Shown: positions 47,958 to 55,848 of the stretch, one piece after another
Layout of the letters: every line of letters starts with the position of its first letter
How positions within the stretch are numbered: the stretch's first letter is position 1
Source: Planctomycetota bacterium
Lineage (GTDB): Bacteria; Planctomycetota; Planctomycetia; Pirellulales; Lacipirellulaceae
Assembly: GCA_024278955.1 (NCBI GenBank)
Contig: JAJRSE010000050.1
Span: forward strand, 1,474-65,473
Direction of reading: 5' to 3'
DNA: 64,000 nt
Translations under genes and position numbers: made by a program
Notes under the pieces: model-generated
The model's input: only the letters and a program-made list of their open reading frames with translations
Database searches by the model: none
Told to the model about the DNA's origin: nothing

Positions 47958-48002
47958 ACGATTGCTTTTCCGTACACGCCTAGTAAGTTTTAGTTTGAAA
48001 TT

Positions 48003-49049
48003 TCACTTTCCCAAAAGCTGGTTGGCTCCGTTGATTACCTTTTCCCAGTTAAATGCAGGGCCGGGGTCGGTCTTGTTTTTTTGGACATGGTAGTGCCCCA
48101 AAACTCCCTGGTAACCTCTCCATTGCCTGTCGGTCAGCTTGTGAGGAATGAGGTTACCCTGGTCGTCCTGGGGGTAAGTACAGTTGATTTTTGGGAAGAT
48201 GCGACATAGCGTCGCAGTGAGCTTGATGAGCGAATCATATTGTTCAGGAGTAAAATCGTACTGGTAAAGTTCAACGCCTTGAACCGTGCCCACGACAACC
48301 TCAGAGCGATCGGGGCGTCCAAAGAAGGGCGACTTCCGTAGAGCAAGAGTCCCCAGTGTACGAGGTGGGCGAAGCAGAGTTCCTCCTTCTTTGTCGGGGA
48401 AATACCAACGATCGAGCACCTCCTTGCCCTTAGCCGGATAAGCACCGATGCCCGCGATTTCGATGCCTATCGACCTCGAATTAGAGATCGTCGCGTGCCA
48501 GGCTCGTTCTTTGAGATCAAGAGTTTGATAGATGGTACCATCGATATCGAGCATGAAATGGACGCTCAACCCTCGACGGTCGTGCAATACTTTGAAACAA
48601 AGTTGGCTTACGCCGCAAACATCATAGTGCATAACAAACTGGTCGACGACCTCTTCGAGCATCGGAAGCGTCCACCCACCCCCTCGAACTTCTTCGAGTT
48701 GTTTCGCGGTGAGAAGATCCTTACGAATTCCATAGCGATTGGGACTATCGAGAGAGCCGTCTTTGACAGACTCTTTCCAAGAAGATTTCTCGAATTTTCC
48801 AAACCGACGCTCGACACGATAGGCGTCGTAGCCTTTGGGATCAGTCCACAAGACCACCGGAGCCGTCGTGTGAAAAAGCTGGCCACAGACCATAATCTCG
48901 TCGCCAGAACGCTCGATCTGTTCGCCGATCTCTACGCCCTGCGAAAAATGAGCAGCAGAAAGCAGCAGTAAAAACGCCATCAGCCCAGAGACACTCGGAA
49001 AGAGGCTCTTAGCCAAAACGGATCGAAAAGATTTTCTATTTTGCAGCAT
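48003..49049 (-). CDS. Secreted N-acetylmuramoyl-L-alanine amidase (Amidase_2/AmpD-like)
   Basis: Signal peptide; VMHYD, SVHF, ERAWHA, SIGIEI, GHYHV..KTDPG. Confidence 0.88.
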   Translation of the reverse strand: MLQNRKSFRSVLAKSLFPSVSGLMAFLLLLSAAHFSQGVEIGEQIERSGDEIMVCGQLFHTTAPVVLWTDPKGYDAYRVERRFGKFEKSSWKESVKDGSLDSPNRYGIRKDLLTAKQLEEVRGGGWTLPMLEEVVDQFVMHYDVCGVSQLCFKVLHDRRGLSVHFMLDIDGTIYQTLDLKERAWHATISNSRSIGIEIAGIGAYPAKGKEVLDRWYFPDKEGGTLLRPPRTLGTLALRKSPFFGRPDRSEVVVGTVQGVELYQYDFTPEQYDSLIKLTATLCRIFPKINCTYPQDDQGNLIPHKLTDRQWRGYQGVLGHYHVQKNKTDPGPAFNWEKVINGANQLLGK

Positions 49050-49172
49050 GGCAACCTCGTAAGAGTTGGTGTCGGTAATAGAGCAATTCTAAATTCAAAA
49101 AGTTGATCACAAGGAGAATCGCGTGGAGAAATATCGAGACAGAAGGTGAGCGAATTTTAAGGTGCCTCGCCT

Positions 49173-50579
49173 TTATTGGCGATCTGAATTCTTGATAATC
49201 GCCTCGCGTTCGGAAATTTTCTCGTAAAACCCACCGCTGATGGCTTCTTTCGGTTCGGGATTTCGGCCTTGGTCTTCGGTTTCTTCCTCCCACCGCTCGA
49301 GTTCCGTTCGTAGGTGCAGCATCACTTCCTTGTATCTCGGCCGTCCGGCTAGGTTCACCGTTTCCCAAGGATCGTTTTGGAGATCGTAAAGCTCTTCGGC
49401 TGGCTTCGTCGGACGCATAATGTGGGCTTGTGCCTCGGTCATCTTGCCCGATTTGAAGATTTCCCACAGCACCGGCCTGATTGGGCGTACCTTTTCGAGA
49501 TAGCCCTGATAGGTGAAGTACGGCACCTCGGGCATGTCGTTGCGAATGTATTTGAATTTTTTCGAGGTCACTGCGCGACTCTTGTCGCACACTTCGTCCC
49601 AACGATCTCGAGCGGCAAAGACGTATTTTCGTGGTTCTACCGATTCTTCCAGGAAAACGCGGCCCTGCATGTATTCGGGAATTCTGACACCCGCTAGGGC
49701 AAGAACTTGTGCCGACACGTCAATCATACTGACTAATTGCTCGCGTTGCTCGCCCGCAGGTTGCCCTCCTGGTAAGCGGATAATGCAGGGTACTTTAATT
49801 CCATCTTCAAACAAAAATCCCTTGCCACGATGCACGCAACGACCGTTGTCGCCGATGAAGATCACGACCGTGTTGTTGGCAAGCCCCTCACGTTCTAGGC
49901 GCTTGAGGATTTCTCCGACTTGAGCGTCGGCGGCCTCGATCTGATCGAGATAGCTGGCCCAGTCTTTGCGGATGGCTGGGTGGTCGGGCAAATAGGGAGG
50001 CAGAGAAACTTTGTTTTGGTCGACCGGATCGCTTGATATCTTGGAAATCTGCTCCCACCAGATGCCCCGATGGGTCACAGAGAGTTGAATCTGAGCGAAG
50101 AAAGGCTGGCCCTCTTTTCGCTTTGACCAATCGTTGCCGTTGAACAGTGGAAGTTCGCCCTTGGGCAAGTTGAAATTTAGGTCTGTTTTTTCTCCGTACC
50201 CGCATCCTACCGCGCAGAAATATCCGGCCTCTTGCAAGTACGCGGTGATCGGCCGGACTGGAGCAGGTAGCAAGAAGCCATCTTCACGATGGCTACGGTG
50301 TTGGTGCGCTCCGATACTGGTTTGATACATCCCTGTCATCATGGCTGAACGGTTGGTCGAACAGATGGGTGACGTGCAGTAGGCGCGATTGAACTGGATT
50401 CCTTTCGCGGCCATCTGGTCGAGCACGGGGGTTTGTATTGCCGGCGTGCCGTAACAGGCCAGATCGCAACCGATATCTTCGGCCATGATCCAAACGATAT
50501 TGGGACGATCTTGGCCCTTCGCGAATAGGGGAGCCGCAAATAGCGCACAAACTCCAATGAATTGAAAAAACTGTTGCAT
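49173..50579 (-). CDS. Sulfatase (S1 family)
   Basis: Signal peptide; RPNIVWIMAED, CSTNRSAMMTG, FIGDNG, GKGFLFEDG, SMIDV, EELYDL..DPWE. Confidence 0.92.
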   Translation of the reverse strand: MQQFFQFIGVCALFAAPLFAKGQDRPNIVWIMAEDIGCDLACYGTPAIQTPVLDQMAAKGIQFNRAYCTSPICSTNRSAMMTGMYQTSIGAHQHRSHREDGFLLPAPVRPITAYLQEAGYFCAVGCGYGEKTDLNFNLPKGELPLFNGNDWSKRKEGQPFFAQIQLSVTHRGIWWEQISKISSDPVDQNKVSLPPYLPDHPAIRKDWASYLDQIEAADAQVGEILKRLEREGLANNTVVIFIGDNGRCVHRGKGFLFEDGIKVPCIIRLPGGQPAGEQREQLVSMIDVSAQVLALAGVRIPEYMQGRVFLEESVEPRKYVFAARDRWDEVCDKSRAVTSKKFKYIRNDMPEVPYFTYQGYLEKVRPIRPVLWEIFKSGKMTEAQAHIMRPTKPAEELYDLQNDPWETVNLAGRPRYKEVMLHLRTELERWEEETEDQGRNPEPKEAISGGFYEKISEREAIIKNSDRQ

Positions 50580-50651
50580 ATGGTTAACTCTTGATTGAAC
50601 TATTTTGCATTTTTCATTCTGAAGTACTTTCGTAGAAACGGCATGACTTCG

Positions 50652-50905
50652 CTACGTTTGTTGGTGCGCAATACGAGGTACAGGCAATGGGCGACATTTT
50701 ACCATATCGTTGAACAATGACTAGGAAAGCTCTCGTTGGCGATTTCGTCGGTTAAGCCATTTGAACACTCATGGTAAAATCGTTGCAATGCGGCATGGTT
50801 CTCATTGATCTCGTAGTATGCGTAATGTCTCCGAAGTTTCTGTCGCAACTTGGGGTGTAGCTTACTGATGGGTTGGTGTCGATTTAGGCGAAACCACTGT
50901 CCGAA
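50652..50905 (-). pseudogene. Group II intron RT/maturase domain X remnant (not in ORF track)
   Basis: Manual translation: QWFRLNRHQPISKLHPKLRQKLRRHYAYYEINENHAALQRFYHE / frameshift / VFKWLNRRNRQRELS*SLFNDMVKCRPLPVPRIAHQQT*. Confidence 0.8.
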
Positions 50906-50944
50906 TGGTCATTGGTTTTTCCTCAGAGCTCCCCCCGATTGGGG

Positions 50945-51103
50945 TTTTGTCCCATGGGTAGGGGTCCCATGTTTTGGGACAAAATTCGGTGGTTTTGTCC
51001 CTTGGGATTTTCGATTGATTCGAGAATCGTAAGGTTTTCCGCATGGGCCATGGGACAAAATGGGGTGAATTTAGGGTTTTGTGAGTTCCTTATTGGGACA
51101 ATA
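50945..51103. repeat. Cluster of five TGGGACAAAA-like motifs in both orientations
   Basis: 50945-50954 (-), 50975-50984 (+), 50993-51001 (-), 51051-51060 (+), 51094-51103 (+, TGGGACAATA). Confidence 0.75.
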
Positions 51104-51175
51104 TTATTGGCGATGCTTCAAGGAAATTTTTAACGCAGAGTTCGGAGAGGACCGCAGAGATTATGTTGAGTCGAG

Positions 51176-51255
51176 GTAGGCCGGAACAAGCCTGCGCAGC
51201 TCCGGCATTTTGTTCGATCTCTTGCCGGAACTGCGTAAAACTTGTTCCGGCCTAC
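51176..51255. repeat. GTAG-family REP doublet (REPIN-like)
   Basis: GTAGGCCGGAACAAG (51176-51190) / CTTGTTCCGGCCTAC (51241-51255); inner GCGCAGCTCCGGCA / TGCCGGAACTGCG. Confidence 0.85.
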
Positions 51256-51413
51256 TTCTGCGGAACTTGTGCAGAGGAGATTATCGCATTTTTGGGGTGG
51301 CGATGCGAAGGTTGTTTTTGGCCGGTTCGATGGGCTCAATCGCTGCATCGTTCGAGACGAGGCAGGCGGCACCGGCAACCTGCGGCATTTTCATTAGAAC
51401 CAGCAGTGGCAAG

Positions 51414-51574
51414 TGGCTACAATGCATCAACGAGCCGGCTACCGAAGCGGAGCTTGAAGCCATTCGCCAAAGCTGCCGACGAGCAGCTCCTGCGGTAGCA
51501 CGGATTGGACTGAGAAAACAGCAAGAAAGTTAGGCTTACAAGCAACAATGCGACGAGCGGGAAGACCTAAAAAG
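51414..51574 (+). pseudogene. C-terminal remnant of a Y1/RAYT-type (IS200-like) transposase
   Basis: WLQCINEPATEAELEAIRQSCRRAAP / frameshift / GSTDWTEKTARKLGLQATMRRAGRPKK. Confidence 0.7.
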
Positions 51575-51602
51575 GCCTCGTATGGCCCCGTCCGTTTCCT
51601 GT

Positions 51603-51691
51603 CTATGCAGCACATCACACGCTGATTCTCGCTCAACCGGTACATCGCCAGGACTAGCGATAAAGAATCTGACGAATACGCCCCGTTGCAC
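51603..51691 (-). pseudogene. N-terminal stub of a DUF4062-like protein
   Basis: GTG start after AAGGA; VRFFIASPGDVPVERESACDVL, truncated after about 30 codons. Confidence 0.55.
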
Positions 51692-51723
51692 TTGAATGTC
51701 CTTCCATGAATTTCTTATGAGGC

Positions 51724-52134
51724 TTACTTCCGCCAACTCGAAACGACGAGACCGTCTATCCACTCGAAGTGTGCCGTATTACCTGTTACCAAGGTGCGAT
51801 GCTGATTCAAAGCCGTGGCAGCGATGATGACGTCGGCATCCGTCCTTGGTTTACCGAGTTGCTTCCCTCTAGCCCACAAGCTAGCCGCTAGATCGAGGAT
51901 TTCGGCTGTGACTGGATAAATCGTCATGGACTGACAGAGCTGGTCAAAGGCGGACAGCTTCGTTGTGGCTTTAATCGCCCGTAGTCCACGCACGATTTCA
52001 AAGTACACCATCCCTGAAATAGCAAACTCGCCATGCTCACGAATATAGGCGGCAGCGTTAACAACTACGTCTTGGTTTTGTTGTTTCAGGATTTCTGACA
52101 GCGTGTCAGTATCCAGTACGCAGAGATCACTCAT
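51724..52134 (-). CDS. vapC: PIN-domain toxin
   Basis: LDTDTLSE, FEIVRG, AASLWA, DADVIIAATAL..TLVTGNTAHF. Confidence 0.92.
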   Translation of the reverse strand: MSDLCVLDTDTLSEILKQQNQDVVVNAAAYIREHGEFAISGMVYFEIVRGLRAIKATTKLSAFDQLCQSMTIYPVTAEILDLAASLWARGKQLGKPRTDADVIIAATALNQHRTLVTGNTAHFEWIDGLVVSSWRK

Positions 52135-52385
52135 AGGATCGGCTGGTCACGGCTAGGTGATCTTTGTATGGCTTCCTCGAAAAGTGCTGTCGTAGCATCA
52201 TCCAAGTCAGCAAGAATCGCATAGTCCTCGATTGAGGGTTGCGTCGTTTGCACATCTTCTGCGTCCACATCCAACACTTGTACGATGATGCGTTGATTGT
52301 CGGCAAGATGTTTGCCGAGAAACTGCTCGATGGCCACTCGTTCGTCAGCCGCCATGTCGGTGATATTGCGAGAAATAGTTTCCAT
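52131..52385 (-). CDS. Putative antitoxin (VapB-like partner)
   Basis: 84-aa acidic ORF (METISRNITD...) with ATGA overlap into vapC. Confidence 0.7.
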   Translation of the reverse strand: METISRNITDMAADERVAIEQFLGKHLADNQRIIVQVLDVDAEDVQTTQPSIEDYAILADLDDATTALFEEAIQRSPSRDQPIL

Positions 52386-52704
52386 GTTTGAATTATACCA
52401 CACATCGGCCGGCTCACACTGCGGTAGCCCACCACTTTCGGACAGAGTCGGGACCTTCGGTACTAGCTCCGAAGGAGATTTTAGATGGACATCCCGAAAG
52501 CCGATGGCGCACATCGGAAAACTACCCTCACAATTAGACGGGGCGCAAGCAGCGTAGGGGCGTCTTATTCAAAATTCCTACGTGGCGAAATCGCCCTGGC
52601 GCGAATAGAGTCGTTTGACATCGTGCAATCCTTCCAAAATGACCAATCCGGTAGTCTACCGAATTTTTCGTGGTTAGGACGCACAGCCAAGCGTTGGCCG
52701 GTAC

Positions 52705-52752
52705 ACGAAATGCGATTGTTTCGTCGGGATTTCTTGAAGCTCCTCGGGCAAG
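52705..52752. repeat. 48-bp direct repeat containing the tRNA-Asn 3' end (att-like), copy 1
   Basis: 47/48 identical to 53651-53698; last 16 bp match 54020-54035. Confidence 0.9.
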
Positions 52753-52802
52753 GAGCGGACGTTGCGGGCGACTGGAGTTGTTCTGGTGGGGGTGGTGGCG
52801 GT

Positions 52803-53561
52803 TTAAGAGCGGTATCCGTCGACTGTTTCTTTAACGTGAACAGGATTTTTGAGACCACCAACCATGATTTCAACTTCACCATGCCCAGCACTTGCTATCG
52901 AGACAGAACCGACGCCCATGATTCGCTGGAAAAACGACTGGTCGACCTGCAATAGCCGAACGTCTGAGTGCCTGACTTCCCGTGTTCGCTTTGACAAGAT
53001 TCCACGTCGGAGTATTGACCGCTTGTTTATAATGGTCAGCAACGTAGTGAATGACGAAAGGAAGTCCCGCAGTAGGATAAAAACTGCCAATGCTGGAAAG
53101 ACCCACAGCATTAGGATTTCACCATTGGCGGCAACAATCGAACCAACGAGCAAGACAGAAATCAGGAATAGCATAGAAACCGGCGCGTTGCGAAACACCT
53201 TTGGCCGAACAGTAAGGAGATCGTGCTCTTTTGAATACCCCGACTTGGCAGCTGTTGCATGCTGCACTACAGCCACTGGTCCTACTGGCGGCGATGCAAC
53301 CGGTGCATTGGTCCTATCGGACCCGTCTAAAAACTCGCCGCAATGGCGACACTTTCTAGCAGATGCCTGGATCAGTTCTGAGCAAAACGGGCAGGGCACT
53401 GTAGATGGCCTAGCCTCTTGGTTTGGTGGCAATGAGGGGGGGACTGTTTGCGGGATGCTGATCTTCCCGCCACACCCTGGGCACTTGGCCGACTTGCCGG
53501 CGTACTTGCTCGGCGCCTTGATCCCTTTGCCGCAGCTTGGACATTCAACACGTATCGCCAT
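52803..53561 (-). CDS. Zn-ribbon plus bPH_2-like membrane protein
   Basis: CPSCGK..CPGCG, CPFCSE..CRHCG; two TMs; TNKR-like IINKR..RGILSK...V.QSFFQRIMGVGSV. Confidence 0.85.
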   Translation of the reverse strand: MAIRVECPSCGKGIKAPSKYAGKSAKCPGCGGKISIPQTVPPSLPPNQEARPSTVPCPFCSELIQASARKCRHCGEFLDGSDRTNAPVASPPVGPVAVVQHATAAKSGYSKEHDLLTVRPKVFRNAPVSMLFLISVLLVGSIVAANGEILMLWVFPALAVFILLRDFLSSFTTLLTIINKRSILRRGILSKRTREVRHSDVRLLQVDQSFFQRIMGVGSVSIASAGHGEVEIMVGGLKNPVHVKETVDGYRS

Positions 53562-53682
53562 CGCTTCCCCTCGGAAAGATCATTCTATTGACAAATCTAG
53601 TGTACTTGGGCAACAATCAAAATCAAAAGGCGTCCTGCCGTGCCGCGTAAACGAAATGCGATTGTTTCGTCGGGGTTTCTTG

Positions 53683-53754
53683 AAGCTCCTCGGGCAAGAC
53701 TCGAACTTGCGACAAGGCGGTTAATCCCGGCGTGCCGGGACCTGCTCTACCAAC
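53683..53754 (-). pseudogene. Partial tRNA-Asn copy with the 5' anticodon-stem strand replaced by a 16-nt palindrome
   Basis: 53683-53724 identical to 54020-54061; 53741-53754 identical to the D-arm (54068-54081); TCCCGGCGTGCCGGGA lies between. Confidence 0.9.
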
Positions 53755-53761
53755 GCCAATT

Positions 53762-54021
53762 CTATTCTTGATCGGCCAACAGATTTCCGCGATTCCAACG
53801 CGCCGACTTCATGGAGTTAATTCGACGCTCTCGTCGAACGGCTGAGGGTCGGTCAGCATGTTCTTCAGACCAGACAAGCTTCCAGGGACCGTTCTTGGGG
53901 GCATATTTGGTTTTTGGCAAATCCAGATCGTTGTGTTCGCCAACCGCCGCTGTAGATCTTTGGTTTGCCCCGTGTAGAACTTTCCTTCCGGATTCCGCAG
54001 TATGTACACAAAGTAACTCAA
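53762..54021 (-). pseudogene. Frameshifted small GIY-YIG nuclease
   Basis: YFVYILR..GKFYTGQTKDLQRRL / 1-nt shift near 53940 / EHN..KYAPKNGPWKLVWSE..AVRRERRINSMKS. Confidence 0.88.
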
Positions 54022-54022
54022 G

Positions 54023-54095
54023 CTCCTCGGGCAAGACTCGAACTTGCGACAAGGCGGTTAACAGCCGCCTGCTCTACCAACTGAGCTACCGAGGA
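54023..54095 (-). tRNA. trnN: tRNA-Asn (GTT)
   Basis: TCCTCGG/CCGAGGA acceptor stem, AGCTCAGTTGGTAGAGC D-arm, anticodon loop CTGTTAA, GTTCGAG T-loop; CCA not encoded. Confidence 0.97.
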
Positions 54096-54265
54096 ATGTA
54101 TTAAGCAGGGGAACCGCATGCGGCTCTCCCGATTGGGCAGACTGCTATAATATCGAGAACTTGAGTCGTCAACAAGAGGCGATCGCCACCCAGACTGCTA
54201 TCTGGCTATCGGCAATTTGGCTCTCCGAAGGACAGAAAATCGAAGCATCGGCCCAAAAGTAGCGT

Positions 54266-54715
54266 CTATCCTGCCGGCGGGACGGTCTTAAGCTTCTCCA
54301 TTGTCAGGCACTTGCCACAAATGCTGTGTTCGACCGACGACATATAAGCACTAATCAGAGCCAACCCGCGTCCCCCCGGCACTTCGAGATTCTCGGGAGA
54401 GCAACAGTCGGGCACCGCGCTGGGATCGTAGCCTTCGCCCTCATCACAAATCCGGACCCAAAACCGATCGGCACTCATCTGGCATTCGATGTGGACCACT
54501 TTTGCAGGATCTTCTTTGTTGCCATGCCGTATGGCATTGCTAATCGATTCTTCTAGCGCCATGTGGACGCCAAAAAGTTCCCCCGCCTGCCACTCTAGCT
54601 TTGTGAGCGAATCAAGAATTTGCTGAACCAGATCGTGATATGCCGTCAGCGAACTTGGCAGGGCGCATTGAATCGTTTTGGGCGCATTGTTAGTAGACAT
54701 TCTACGACTCAGCAA
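54266..54715 (-). CDS. rsbW: Anti-sigma factor Ser kinase (RsbW/SpoIIAB family)
   Basis: VHMALEESISNAIRHGN, ICDEGEGYDP, GGRGLALI. Confidence 0.9.
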   Translation of the reverse strand: MLSRRMSTNNAPKTIQCALPSSLTAYHDLVQQILDSLTKLEWQAGELFGVHMALEESISNAIRHGNKEDPAKVVHIECQMSADRFWVRICDEGEGYDPSAVPDCCSPENLEVPGGRGLALISAYMSSVEHSICGKCLTMEKLKTVPPAG

Positions 54716-54778
54716 GAGGCTCGTTGCCCTAATAAAAGCGGCTCAGTTAAAAGGCAGCATCGCCGATGATGCCTTTTC

Positions 54779-55132
54779 CTATAGAACGGCTAGCGCATCC
54801 GCTTCGCTATCTTTAATTTGGAAAAGCTTGTCTAAGTTGGTAATCGAAAAAACCTGGTAAATCTCAGGCGAAATATTCGAGAGGATCAACTCGGCATCAT
54901 GCCGCTTGGCCTTTTTCTCAAAAGTGATCAATTTCCCTAACGCAGCGCTAGAAAGAAATTCGACGTTCGAGAAATTCAGCACCAACTTCTTACGATCGTC
55001 CTTTTCAACCAAATCAAAAAGCTCCTGCCCCAGCTCTTGAATCGCTTCGGGGTCGATGATCTTTTTATCGGTAAACCGGACGACGCTGATGTTGGCCGAC
55101 TCGCTGACATCGATACGATGTATTGTACCCAT
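54779..55132 (-). CDS. rsbV: STAS anti-sigma antagonist (RsbV/SpoIIAA family)
   Basis: LVLNFSNVEFLSSAALGKL, IYQVFSITNLDKLF. Confidence 0.9.
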   Translation of the reverse strand: MGTIHRIDVSESANISVVRFTDKKIIDPEAIQELGQELFDLVEKDDRKKLVLNFSNVEFLSSAALGKLITFEKKAKRHDAELILSNISPEIYQVFSITNLDKLFQIKDSEADALAVL

Positions 55133-55158
55133 GCTGCTCTTTCACCTTTTGCAACAAA

Positions 55159-55208
55159 CTAGTGCTTTGACAACTCTTAGTTATGACAAAGCGCTAGTGC
55201 TTTGTCAT
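55159..55208. repeat. Tandem CTAG-TGCTTTGTCA family units
   Basis: CTAGTGCTTTGACA..TGACAAAGCGCTAG followed by TGCTTTGTCA; near-perfect palindrome at 55183-55208. Confidence 0.75.
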
Positions 55209-55303
55209 GACCGAAATATCCAGCTAGAGAGACCCGGCCTAACAGCCTCTGTCTCCTAGCTACCCTCTTACCCGATCATATCGAAGCTCGTCTTGATGTC
55301 AAG

Positions 55304-55792
55304 CTACTGGGCTCCAGCAACCGGGCTGCGATTAGAGACTCGTTCGGGAACTGGAGGGGGCGCCGTCGACTTATAAACTGCCCGGCTGACCAAGATGTAG
55401 TTGCGACCCGCGAACTCCGTAATCAAGCCGCTTACCCGCCATCGAATACTCTTCGACTCGTCCGACCCCTTGAGGGTACGGGCAATACGTTCCAAATTCA
55501 GATTTGCTAGGCCGCCGAACTCAAGGCCTTCGTCGGTAACAAAAGTTGCTCCGTCGCCGTCTTGCCGAAAATGTCCGGCCGTATTCGTGATTGTCGACCC
55601 TTCACGCATTCGGCGCAGCTCGCTGTCGGTCTTCTTGACGGCCCCAGCAAACCTTAGTTCCGACCGACTTCTGCTCTTAGAACCCAGCGAAATCCTGTCG
55701 GGAGCTGCTCCTTTTACGCGGAACACTGAGGCAGCTAAAAAGATGAAGACCACAGCACCCAAAAGAGAACAACGATAAGCAGCTGACCTCAT
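55304..55792 (-). CDS. Hypothetical exported protein
   Basis: Signal-like N-terminus; OB-fold-like W.VSG.ITEF.GRNYIL tail (inference). Confidence 0.65.
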   Translation of the reverse strand: MRSAAYRCSLLGAVVFIFLAASVFRVKGAAPDRISLGSKSRSRSELRFAGAVKKTDSELRRMREGSTITNTAGHFRQDGDGATFVTDEGLEFGGLANLNLERIARTLKGSDESKSIRWRVSGLITEFAGRNYILVSRAVYKSTAPPPVPERVSNRSPVAGAQ

Positions 55793-55848
55793 TGTTATCT
55801 CCCTTACTCATGTTCCTTGAAGCAACGTCGCAAAAAAAACAGCGTCGT

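Noticed and set aside
15920-51100. TTATTGGGACA shared by the IS256 end (15920-15930) and the motif cluster (51090-51100)
   Set aside because: Only 11 bp and the flanks diverge; insufficient to call a second IS end
52710-52955. MRLFRRDFLKLLGQ, a perfect-looking Tat motif (also at 53656)
   Set aside because: It is the antisense reading of the 48-bp tRNA-end repeat; no hydrophobic h-region follows and it overlaps a real minus-strand gene
52849-53724. 291-aa plus-strand ORF
   Set aside because: Antisense to the Zn-ribbon/PH gene; no recognisable features
54141-54172. sigma70 promoter for tRNA-Asn (TTGACG ... TATTAT)
   Set aside because: Spacing of 14 bp to the best -10 is non-canonical
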